Notes under the pieces: model-generated
Databases searched by the model: none
Seen by the model: the letters and a program-made list of their open reading frames with translations, nothing else
What the model was told of the DNA's origin: nothing
Made by a program: the position numbers and the translations under genes
Shown here: positions 11,047 through 20,855 of the stretch, piece by piece
Layout of the letters: each line of letters starts with the position of its first letter
How positions within the stretch are numbered: position 1 is the first letter of the stretch
Assembly (NCBI RefSeq): GCF_000011805.1
Contig: NC_006840.2
Source of the DNA: Aliivibrio fischeri ES114
GTDB taxonomy: Bacteria; Pseudomonadota; Gammaproteobacteria; Enterobacterales; Vibrionaceae
DNA: 32,000 nt
Direction: 5' to 3' (one strand)

Positions 11047-12393
11047 GTGAGTAATTTCAGTTTAGATTTTTCAGCAGGGGACGATTATCGTCCCCTTGCT
11101 GCTAGAATGCGTCCGCAAAATATTGAGCAATATATTGGTCAACAACACTTGCTAGGTGTTGGTAAACCACTGCGTCGAGCATTAGAAGCGGGTCAAATCC
11201 ACTCTATGATTTTGTGGGGACCTCCGGGAACGGGTAAAACAACATTAGCGGAAGTCGCTGCCAATTATGCGAATGCAGAAGTTGAACGTGTTTCAGCGGT
11301 AACCTCTGGTGTTAAAGATATCCGTGCTGCCATCGAAAAGGCCAAAGAAAATCAAATTACGGGTCGAAGAACCATCATGTTTGTGGATGAGGTGCATCGC
11401 TTTAATAAAAGCCAGCAAGATGCATTCTTACCACATATTGAAGACGGCACGATTACCTTTATTGGTGCAACAACAGAAAACCCGTCTTTTGAACTTAATA
11501 ACGCCTTGTTATCTCGTGCACGTGTATACAAATTAAAATCACTAGAAAAAGAAGACATTGTTCAAGTCATTGACCAAGCTTTACTAGATAAAGATCGTGG
11601 TTTAAATGATGAAAATTTTGTACTACCTGATGATGTGAAATTGCAGTTAGCTGATTTAGTATCAGGCGATGCTCGTATGTCTCTAAACTATTTAGAGCTT
11701 TTGCATGATATGGCAGAAGAAAACGCACAAGGTAAAAAAGTCGTCGATTTACCATTATTAGCGGAAGTGGCAGGTGAAAAAGTTGCACGCTTCGATAATA
11801 AAGGCGATATGTGGTATGACTTAATATCAGCGGTTCATAAGTCCATTCGTGGTTCAAATCCTGATGCGGCTCTTTACTGGACGGCTCGAATTATTGCCGC
11901 AGGTGGTGACCCTCTGTATGTAGCTCGTCGTTTACTTGCTATTGCTTCAGAAGATATCGGTAACGCTGATCCTAGAGCGATGGAAGTCGCAATGAATGCA
12001 TGGGATTGTTTTACTCGCATTGGTCCTGCTGAAGGTGAACGAGCCATTGCTCAAGCCGTGGTTTATTTAGCGTGTGCTCCAAAAAGTAATGCGGTTTATA
12101 CGGCATGGAAACAAGCACAAATGGATGCGATAAATTCACCAGATTATGAAGTGCCTAATCATCTTCGTAATGCACCGACCTCATTAATGAAAGATATGGG
12201 GTATGGGTCAGATTATCGTTATGCTCATGATGAGCCAAATGCTTATGCGGCGGGTGAGAACTATTTCCCACCTGAAATGCGTGATCGTAAGTATTATTTT
12301 CCTACAAAACGTGGTTTAGAAACCAAAATTAGTGAAAAGCTAGAATATTTAGCCCAATTAGATCAAAACAGTCCGTTAAAACGCTACCAATAA
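11047..12393 (+). CDS. rarA: Replication-associated recombination protein A (AAA+ ATPase RarA/MgsA)
   Basis: 448 aa with a GTG start. Walker [10 protein letters not shown], Walker [12 protein letters not shown], and the conserved C-terminal motifs [12 protein letters not shown] and [11 protein letters not shown]. Same position as E. coli rarA (ycaJ), between lolA and serS. Confidence 0.93.
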   Translation: MSNFSLDFSAGDDYRPLAARMRPQNIEQYIGQQHLLGVGKPLRRALEAGQIHSMILWGPPGTGKTTLAEVAANYANAEVERVSAVTSGVKDIRAAIEKAKENQITGRRTIMFVDEVHRFNKSQQDAFLPHIEDGTITFIGATTENPSFELNNALLSRARVYKLKSLEKEDIVQVIDQALLDKDRGLNDENFVLPDDVKLQLADLVSGDARMSLNYLELLHDMAEENAQGKKVVDLPLLAEVAGEKVARFDNKGDMWYDLISAVHKSIRGSNPDAALYWTARIIAAGGDPLYVARRLLAIASEDIGNADPRAMEVAMNAWDCFTRIGPAEGERAIAQAVVYLACAPKSNAVYTAWKQAQMDAINSPDYEVPNHLRNAPTSLMKDMGYGSDYRYAHDEPNAYAAGENYFPPEMRDRKYYFPTKRGLETKISEKLEYLAQLDQNSPLKRYQ

Positions 12394-12499
12394 AAGGGCA
12401 TTTTCGGTATCTTATTCGAATCGCAATTTGGAAATGAAAATTGCACAGGATTTTATTATTAAGTGGGTTCTTTTTATTTTGAACACACCATTACTATAA

Positions 12500-13822
<1,323 letters not shown>

Positions 13823-13854
13823 TCTATATTAATAGATAACACATAATAAATAGT

Positions 13855-13896
13855 AAAAAGCCCCTTTATGCAGAGTCATAAAGGGGCTTTTTGTTT
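13855..13896. terminator. Bidirectional terminator shared by convergent serS and trxC
   Basis: aaaaagcccctttatg / cagagt / cataaaggggcttttt, a 16-bp perfect stem with flanking A and T runs. Confidence 0.9.
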
Positions 13897-13910
13897 GTCT
13901 GCTATTTACA

Positions 13911-14345
13911 TTATTTAAGCAGTGCTTGATTTAACCATTGATCAAATTGACCTTTAGGTAATGCACCATTAATCATGTCTACACGCTGACCGTTTTTAAA
14001 TACCATGATCGTTGGTATTGAGCGGATCTGATATTGTGCTGCAATTTGTTGTTCAGCTTCTGTGTTGACTTTAATACAACGAATTTGTCCATTACGTTCT
14101 GCGGCAACATCTTCAAAAACTGGCGAAAAGCCAACGCATGGGTTACACCAAGGTGCCCAGAAATCGATAACAACAGCTTTATCGCTATTGAGTAAAGCGG
14201 CTAGGTTATCCATTGTACCTTCTACTGGTTTACCATCTAATAATGGTTCCTTACAGCGACCACAAGTTGCACCATCGTTGACTCGTTCAGTAGGAAGACG
14301 GTTTAACCCATGACAAGATGGGCATCGAGTTTGAAATTGTGACAT
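13911..14345 (-). CDS. trxC: Thioredoxin 2 (zinc-finger thioredoxin) with an atypical CNPC active site
   Basis: 144 aa, collinear with E. coli TrxC. The N-terminal zinc finger has two CxxC pairs (CPSC...CGRC). The thioredoxin fold shows DFWAPWCNPC, IRSIPT and NGA. The active-site codons on the minus strand read TGT AAC CCA TGC. Confidence 0.88.
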   Translation of the reverse strand: MSQFQTRCPSCHGLNRLPTERVNDGATCGRCKEPLLDGKPVEGTMDNLAALLNSDKAVVIDFWAPWCNPCVGFSPVFEDVAAERNGQIRCIKVNTEAEQQIAAQYQIRSIPTIMVFKNGQRVDMINGALPKGQFDQWLNQALLK

Positions 14346-14466
14346 GGTATTCCTTTATCGTTATTCTGTGTTAATACCAATTACCATTGGGAAATTGGTT
14401 TAAACAGTTTGTGAGCATAAAGAAATAATGGGGATGCGAAGAGCTAGATTCAATAAATTCAGAAAT

Positions 14467-14495
14467 AAAAAAGGAGCAAATGAATGCTCCTTTTT
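14467..14495 (-). terminator. Terminator downstream of yciU
   Basis: aaaaaaggagca / aatgaa / tgctccttttt. The minus strand reads aaaaaggagcattcatttgctcctttttt, 22 nt after the yciU stop. Confidence 0.8.
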
Positions 14496-14516
14496 AACAA
14501 TATGGTAGGGATTAAC

Positions 14517-14840
14517 TTAATCACGTTTCCATAGCATGTGACAGAATTTATGTTCAGGATCACGGCTAACTAGCATGCGAGCAAAAACATCATCTAATGC
14601 ATCAGATTCTTCATTTACTAAGCCGATTAATACTTCAGCATATGTTTCTTTATCTACTTCAAATCCAACGTGTTCAGCCCAGTCATCACGGGTATCAACA
14701 ACCTCAGCTGCGCCACGATCATCAAATTGCAAAGTGAATAAAGCAACATCTGCAGGTTCAAGATTGTCTTGAGCCATTTCTAGGAAGATATCGTAAGCGA
14801 CTTCAATTACGTCGTCGTAGCTAATTAGTTCAGTAGTCAT
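14517..14840 (-). CDS. yciU: Putative dsDNA-mimic protein (YciU / HI1450 family, UPF0263)
   Basis: 107-aa, highly acidic. Collinear with E. coli YciU (AYDIFLEMAQDNLEPADVALFTLQFDDRGAAE vs [32 protein letters not shown]; C-terminal DVFARMLVSRDPEHKFCHMLW vs [21 protein letters not shown]). Confidence 0.85.
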   Translation of the reverse strand: MTTELISYDDVIEVAYDIFLEMAQDNLEPADVALFTLQFDDRGAAEVVDTRDDWAEHVGFEVDKETYAEVLIGLVNEESDALDDVFARMLVSRDPEHKFCHMLWKRD

Positions 14841-14917
14841 GGTTATTACTCTTAAAAAATACGCTTTAAATTACCACGAAATCGCTTCCTAAGGCTAGAT
14901 GTATAAACAAATAGAAA

Positions 14918-14933
14918 GAGCAAACGTTTGCTA
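14918..14933. promoter_or_regulatory. PurR-type operator (perfect palindrome) in the yciU-gsk divergent region
   Basis: gAGCAAACGTTTGCTa. The 12-bp core GCAAACGTTTGC equals the core of the E. coli PurR box consensus ACGCAAACGTTTGCGT. It lies about 90 bp upstream of the gsk ATG. Confidence 0.6.
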
Positions 14934-15022
14934 TTGATGGTGGTGTATATCAGTAGTTGCGGCAGAGTTATTGAGCGGCTAAACTTCGCAGTTCTTCCAT
15001 TAGCCAGTTGAATGATTATTTT

Positions 15023-16327
15023 ATGAAATTTCCAGGTCAGCGTAAATCTAAGCATTATTTTCCTGTTCACGCACGTGATCCATTAGTTAGCCAAGCTCAA
15101 GAAGCTAAGAAAATGTCTCGTACCCATATTATTGGTATCGACCAAACGCTAGTGGATATTGAAGCGAAAGTGGATGATGCTTTTATTGAAAAATATGGCT
15201 TGAGTAAAGGACACTCACTGGTTATTGATAACGATAAAGCAGAGATGCTTTATAATGAATTAAAAGACAATAATATGATCAGCAATGAATTTGCTGGTGG
15301 TACGATTGGTAATACGCTTCATAACTACTCTGTTCTTGCTGATGATAAATCAACATTATTAGGTGTTATGAGTGAAGATATTCACATAGGCAGTTATTCA
15401 TACCGTTATTTATGTAACACATCTAGCCGAATGGATTTAAACTACCTTCAACCTGTTCCGGGTGCGATTGGTCGTTGTTTTGCACTGATTAGTGAAGATG
15501 GTGAGCGCACGTTTGCAATTAGCGAAGGTGACATGAACCAACTTCGTGCAGAGAGCATTCCTGAGAAGATTTTCAAAAATGCATCAGCACTTGTACTAAC
15601 AGCATATTTAGTTCGTTGTAAAGAAGGCGACCCAATGCCTGAAGCAACAATGAAAGCGATTGAATATGCGAAGAAATATGATGTGCCTGTTGTATTAACT
15701 ATGGGTACTAAGTTTGTGGTTCAAGATGACCCACAATACTGGCGTGATTTCTTAAATGACCACGTAACGGTTGTTGCAATGAATGAAGAGGAAGGTGAGG
15801 CGCTTACTGGTGCTACAGACCCTCTAGAAGCTGCAAATAAGACTCTTGAGTGGGTTGACCTAGTTCTTTGTACTGCTGGCCCTGTAGGCCTTTATATGGC
15901 AGGTTACACGGAAGATTCTGCAAAACGTGAAACATCACTACCATTACTTCCAGGTACAATTGCTGAATTTAACCAGTTTGAATTTAGTCGTCCAGCAGTG
16001 AAGGACAGCTGTGAAAACCCAATTAAGGTATTTTCACACATTTCACCATACATGGGTGGCCCTGAAAAAATTAAGAACACTAATGGTGCTGGCGATGGTG
16101 CATTATCTGCTTTATTACATGATATGGCTGCAAACCATTACCACCGTAATAACGTACCAAACTCAAGCAAGCATCAGCACTCTTTCTTGACGTATTCTTC
16201 TTTCTCACAAGTATGTAAATACTCAAACCGTGTAAGTTTTGAAGTATTAGCACAGCACTCTCCACGTTTATCTCGTGGCTTGCCAGAGCGTGAAGACAGC
16301 TTAGAAGAAGCATACTGGGAAAGATAA
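15023..16327 (+). CDS. gsk: Inosine-guanosine kinase
   Basis: Collinear with E. coli Gsk from the first residue (MKFPGQRKSKHYFPVHARDPL vs MKFPGKRKSKHYFPVNARDPL; GIDQTLVDIEAKVDD; NTNGAGDGALSALLHD; LPEREDSLEEAYW). The start is set at ATG 15023, not the TTG at 15008 used in the ORF track. Confidence 0.95.
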   Translation: MKFPGQRKSKHYFPVHARDPLVSQAQEAKKMSRTHIIGIDQTLVDIEAKVDDAFIEKYGLSKGHSLVIDNDKAEMLYNELKDNNMISNEFAGGTIGNTLHNYSVLADDKSTLLGVMSEDIHIGSYSYRYLCNTSSRMDLNYLQPVPGAIGRCFALISEDGERTFAISEGDMNQLRAESIPEKIFKNASALVLTAYLVRCKEGDPMPEATMKAIEYAKKYDVPVVLTMGTKFVVQDDPQYWRDFLNDHVTVVAMNEEEGEALTGATDPLEAANKTLEWVDLVLCTAGPVGLYMAGYTEDSAKRETSLPLLPGTIAEFNQFEFSRPAVKDSCENPIKVFSHISPYMGGPEKIKNTNGAGDGALSALLHDMAANHYHRNNVPNSSKHQHSFLTYSSFSQVCKYSNRVSFEVLAQHSPRLSRGLPEREDSLEEAYWER

Positions 16328-16353
16328 AAGACAATCTTTATTTTCCAAACAAT

Positions 16354-16388
16354 AAAAAACGGAAGCCTCAGTGGCTTCCGTTTTTGTT
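16354..16388. terminator. Bidirectional terminator shared by convergent gsk and yeaD
   Basis: aaaaacggaagcc / tcagt / ggcttccgttttt, a 13-bp perfect stem with A and T arms. Confidence 0.9.
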
Positions 16389-16419
16389 TAGGTAAATATC
16401 GAAGTAGGTTACCTTGATC

Positions 16420-17295
16420 TTACGCTTTAATCGTTGTGGTTAGCGTAAATGCATTACCTGGTTCAACGGTTTGGGCTTCTTCTAAGCTAGTTGCGTGGTA
16501 AGTAGACTCAACACACACCATGGTTTTGTAGCCATCATTATTCATATCAGCCATCGATTCCGCGCCTTCAATCCAAGGGTTCCAAATAACCGCAGCATTA
16601 TGACCTGAATTCGTCACCGTTAATGTACGCTGAGAGTCTGAAACTGATACGGTATTTTCTGGTTGAGTATATACACGGTCAACGGCAGCGCTTATTGATA
16701 GAGTATCTTCGCCTGTACATAGTTTGGCATTTTGAAGGCCGTCAATATATGTTGGACCCATACCCGTAATTGTTGTTGAAGCAATATCCGCAACGTTAAG
16801 GTAAGTGTGTAAAGCACCAGAACAATTCCATGCTTTGCTATCCGTATTTTTTGCATCAAGCGTAATACGTAACTCATCACCAATTTCAACGGTTAAGCGT
16901 GCTTCAAATTCAAAAGGCCAAATCGCTTTGGTTGCTTCAGATGCTTCTAATCCTAGAACGATAATAACGCCATTATCATTTTCACGGTGTTCAATAAGCG
17001 TCCACTCATTATTACGAGCAAAACCGTGAGCAGGATCGGCGATACGACCAAACCATGGCCAACAAACAGGAACGCCGCCACGAATTGCTTTTTCAGGGTT
17101 AAAGATGGCTTCTTTACTCATCCAAATAAGATCGTCTTGTCCTTTTGGCGTAAAAGATAAAACATGGCCACCATGAAGAGAAATGGCTGCATTGGCTTTG
17201 TCATGAATGACACGAATCACTTTTACATCATCTAATTGAGCAACAGTGACGTTATCAGATAATACACTGATAATTGGAAGCTGAGTAAGATTCAT
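16420..17295 (-). CDS. yeaD: Glucose-6-phosphate 1-epimerase (aldose 1-epimerase-like, YeaD family)
   Basis: 291 aa with aldose-epimerase-like motifs (IRGGVPVCWPWFG, HGFARN, H...Y.N). It sits immediately downstream of gapA on the same strand, as in E. coli gapA-yeaD. SD aggag lies 6 nt from the ATG. Confidence 0.8.
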   Translation of the reverse strand: MNLTQLPIISVLSDNVTVAQLDDVKVIRVIHDKANAAISLHGGHVLSFTPKGQDDLIWMSKEAIFNPEKAIRGGVPVCWPWFGRIADPAHGFARNNEWTLIEHRENDNGVIIVLGLEASEATKAIWPFEFEARLTVEIGDELRITLDAKNTDSKAWNCSGALHTYLNVADIASTTITGMGPTYIDGLQNAKLCTGEDTLSISAAVDRVYTQPENTVSVSDSQRTLTVTNSGHNAAVIWNPWIEGAESMADMNNDGYKTMVCVESTYHATSLEEAQTVEPGNAFTLTTTIKA

Positions 17296-17401
17296 AGGTA
17301 ACTCCTAAAATAATAAATATGCATTCTTCTTCTATTTAATATTCAGAGAAATAGTTTCTTTTTGATTGAATAGAAAAAGGATAAATACTGAATTACAGGT
17401 A

Positions 17402-17429
17402 TAAAAAAGGCGACAATTAAGTCGCCTTT
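17402..17429 (-). terminator. gapA terminator
   Basis: aaaggcgac / aattaa / gtcgccttt. The minus strand is followed by ttttttat. Confidence 0.85.
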
Positions 17430-17489
17430 CATTCTTAAAAGATAGTAAAACCTTTTAAGTTAGCTTTCAAAGAAAGTCTAAACTAATGC

Positions 17490-18515
<1,026 letters not shown>

Positions 18516-18821
18516 TCAGGTTTAAATTAACTGGTAGTAAAATTACAAAATCCTGAGCCAACCTGCAAGTGAAAATCCAAATTTAATTGTTTAAAATCAA
18601 AAAATAGACCATATCCTGTTAACATAAAGAAAAATTCTTACGTAATTCGAATAATTTGTGGTTATTTAGTAACCTAAATGACACTTTGTGAAAAAAAGTG
18701 ACATAACAATTAATGTGATTTCGCTTGGTTGCTGTAAAATTACTTTGGCAAAGTATGTGCTACAAAGGTGATATATAGCAAGGTTTAATTTAAAGAAGTC
18801 TAAGAAAGGAGTTTTATAAAA

Positions 18822-19229
18822 ATGGAGACACAAAAAACATTTTTAGAATACACCGATGAAGAGTGGCGAAAAAAGCTTACAAAAGAAGAGTTTGATATTT
18901 GTAGAAAACAAGGAACAGAAGCGCCTTTCTCAGGAACGTTATTACATAATAAAGAAAAAGGCTATTACGCCTGTACTTGTTGCCAAACCATTTTATTTGT
19001 ATCTGATAATAAATATGACTCAGGTTGTGGGTGGCCAAGCTTTGATGCCCCAGTGAACGATCAAGTCATAAGATATATTGAAGATAACAGCCACGGGATG
19101 AAAAGAATTGAAATCCGCTGTCGTCATTGTGATAGTCATTTAGGGCATGTTTTTGATGATGGCCCCAAAACAACCAACGAAAGATATTGCGTGAATTCGG
19201 TTTCTTTAAATTTTTCGCAAGATAAATAA
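18822..19229 (+). CDS. msrB: Peptide-methionine (R)-S-oxide reductase MsrB
   Basis: 135 aa. Two zinc CxxC pairs (CTCC, CRHC), the GWPSF motif and the catalytic RYCVNS. Divergent from gapA, as E. coli msrB (yeaA) is. Strong SD aaaggag. Confidence 0.93.
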   Translation: METQKTFLEYTDEEWRKKLTKEEFDICRKQGTEAPFSGTLLHNKEKGYYACTCCQTILFVSDNKYDSGCGWPSFDAPVNDQVIRYIEDNSHGMKRIEIRCRHCDSHLGHVFDDGPKTTNERYCVNSVSLNFSQDK

Positions 19230-19242
19230 ATCCATATAAAAT

Positions 19243-19275
19243 AAAAAAGGAGCACATTTCGGCTCCTTTTTTATT
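19243..19275. terminator. Bidirectional terminator between msrB and the convergent lipoprotein gene
   Basis: aaaaaaggagc / acatttcg / gctcctttttt, followed by atttac. Confidence 0.8.
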
Positions 19276-19287
19276 TACATCAGTAAA

Positions 19288-20130
19288 TTAATTTTTCTCA
19301 GCTATCTTTGGTAGTAGCTGTGCTGAGAATTTTTGCTCTTTGATGCTTTTTACTATTACTTCACTTGCTTGTTGTAGTTTTTGTTTTTCTGCATCTGAGA
19401 ATGAATACAACAGGTCAAGTTGTTGTTGAGAAGAAACTTGTAGGTCAAATTCTTTCCCGACTAAAGCCCAAATATAAGCATGTTCTGTGTTTTGCTCTTT
19501 ATGATTGATACTTGCTAGCGATTTAATAATCGTTGCATGGAAATCGTTTTTATAATCATCTTTAGTTAATAGTTCTAATGAGTGATTTAATAACGTGATG
19601 GTTTTATTTCCATTGCGTAATGCATAAAAGGTAGCAAGTGCATATTGAAGCTCTGCTGTTTCAAGAGAGCGAGAACCTTCAAGTTGTAAAAACTCTCTTA
19701 ATGCAGACTTATCACCTGTACTCCAACGATAATAAAGAACCTTGGGTTCTTTAGATTCTTTCAATTCGATGCTCAATAGATCAATAGCATCATAGGTATG
19801 TATCAGTGCTTCTGAACGTTTTGTTTTAATTTCTTTTGCGGTGATGGGTTCAATTTGTGCAGCGGATGTTAAACATGATTGATATTGATAGGTTGCTTGA
19901 ATGGTTTTTAGCTTATCTAAATCGCTTTGGCTTTTTAAAGTAGCAAAGCGACTTAATATAAGCGCATCGCGTTGATTAAGACATTGTCCATCTCGCATAT
20001 TTAATTGATCACATTGTAGCTCAGAATGATCTTCACATAACTGCGTTGTTGTTGGAGTAGTATCAAAACAGCCAGATAAGGAAAATGCAGTAAACGTTAT
20101 TAGCGAAAATCGTTGAATAGTAGAAAACAT
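19288..20130 (-). CDS. Putative lipoprotein of unknown function, cysteine-rich N-terminal region and helical repeat-like C-terminus (possibly the DUF2989-type family of Vibrionales/Alteromonadales)
   Basis: 280-aa ORF with a lipoprotein signal and lipobox (FTAFSLSG-C). Four further Cys lie within the next roughly 30 residues (QLCEDHSELQCDQLNMRDGQC). I see no catalytic motif. The family assignment is from memory only. Confidence 0.6.
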   Translation of the reverse strand: MFSTIQRFSLITFTAFSLSGCFDTTPTTTQLCEDHSELQCDQLNMRDGQCLNQRDALILSRFATLKSQSDLDKLKTIQATYQYQSCLTSAAQIEPITAKEIKTKRSEALIHTYDAIDLLSIELKESKEPKVLYYRWSTGDKSALREFLQLEGSRSLETAELQYALATFYALRNGNKTITLLNHSLELLTKDDYKNDFHATIIKSLASINHKEQNTEHAYIWALVGKEFDLQVSSQQQLDLLYSFSDAEKQKLQQASEVIVKSIKEQKFSAQLLPKIAEKN

Positions 20131-20250
20131 GATAAACCTATTGATTGAGAAAATGGAAACGTGATCCGTTACTCCTATTTATCGGCATAATATTGACTAA
20201 CATTAATGAAAAGATATCGTTTGTTCATATTTTTATAAATAAAAGAGTAG

Positions 20251-20538
20251 ATGATGAATATTGAGACATTATTAGAATCCATGACTCCTGAGGTTTTTAA
20301 AAACCTGCAATACGCAGTTGAAACAGGGAAGTGGCATAATGGGACACCATTGTCTGCTGATCAGAGAAGCACATGTATGCAAGCCGTTATGATTTATCAA
20401 TCTAAATACAATACAGATGCGCAGCATATGACGGTGGCTGAGGGGGGAGAGATCAGTTTTAAGTCAAAATCTGAGTTAAAAAAACAGTTTTCGAAAGACC
20501 AACAAGATATTGTTCGCGTGAATGTTTCTTCTGATTAA
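20251..20538 (+). CDS. yeaC: YeaC-like protein (DUF1315)
   Basis: 95 aa, collinear with E. coli YeaC (ESMTPEVFKNLQYAVETGKWHNGTPLSADQ vs NSMMPEVYQRLSTAVELGKWPDGVALTEEQ; NTDAQHMTV vs NEEAQHMTI). The start could equally be the second ATG at 20254. Confidence 0.85.
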   Translation: MMNIETLLESMTPEVFKNLQYAVETGKWHNGTPLSADQRSTCMQAVMIYQSKYNTDAQHMTVAEGGEISFKSKSELKKQFSKDQQDIVRVNVSSD

Positions 20539-20684
20539 TGGCTTATTTGTACTTTTTATTACGGTAAATAAGCAAATAAGAAAAACAAATGCAACATTGA
20601 TCCCAAAAGTGGCTTATAAAATTGTCGATAACCTAACAGTCTAGTAGATTATCGCCAATTTCATAAATTATAGAATGACGTAAG

Positions 20685-20834
20685 ATGAAAAAGACCAAAG
20701 GACAAGTTCTAACAAAATTTGCTGCGTTTGCCGCTGTATTCTTTTTATTAGCAGTAATTGCTGCACCAAAGTTCCTTGGTAGTGATTCTGATGCTCATGC
20801 GTCGAAAAGTTCGTTAAGTTTATACACTGAATAG
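20685..20834 (+). CDS. Candidate small membrane protein (49 aa), not in the supplied ORF track
   Basis: ATG 20685 to TAG 20832-20834 gives MKKTKGQVLTKFAAFAAVFFLLAVIAAPKFLGSDSDAHASKSSLSLYTE. That is a basic N-terminus, one clear TM helix and a polar tail, with codon usage similar to neighbouring genes. There is no good SD, and a TAGAAT -10-like hexamer lies 8 nt upstream of the ATG. Confidence 0.35.
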   Translation: MKKTKGQVLTKFAAFAAVFFLLAVIAAPKFLGSDSDAHASKSSLSLYTE

Positions 20835-20855
20835 CGTCTTTTAAAATGAGTACTA

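Noticed and set aside
12435-12456. gcaattt-ggaaatga-aaattgc hairpin after rarA, as its terminator.
   Set aside because: The 7-bp AT-rich stem is not directly followed by a U-tract (acaggattttatt). It may be a weak terminator, but I do not consider it supported.
18638-18645. TTACGTAA palindrome and the cacttt-N7-aaagtg repeat (about 18684-18702) in the gapA-msrB divergent region, as operator candidates.
   Set aside because: They are short (8 bp, or 6-bp arms), expected by chance in 32 kb of AT-rich DNA, and match no regulator consensus I can name.
20541-20573. Hairpin gcttattt...aaataagc just after the yeaC stop, as a terminator.
   Set aside because: The 8-bp AT-rich stem has a roughly 13-17-nt loop and no downstream U-tract on either strand.
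20685-20834. The small ORF's N-terminus (MKKTKG-QVLTKFAAFAAVFFLLAVIAAPKF) superficially resembles a type IV prepilin or pseudopilin leader and hydrophobic helix.
   Set aside because: It lacks the G/F(M) cleavage context and the invariant Glu5 (Lys is at that position), and at 49 aa it has no pilin globular domain. I treat it as a generic single-TM peptide only.
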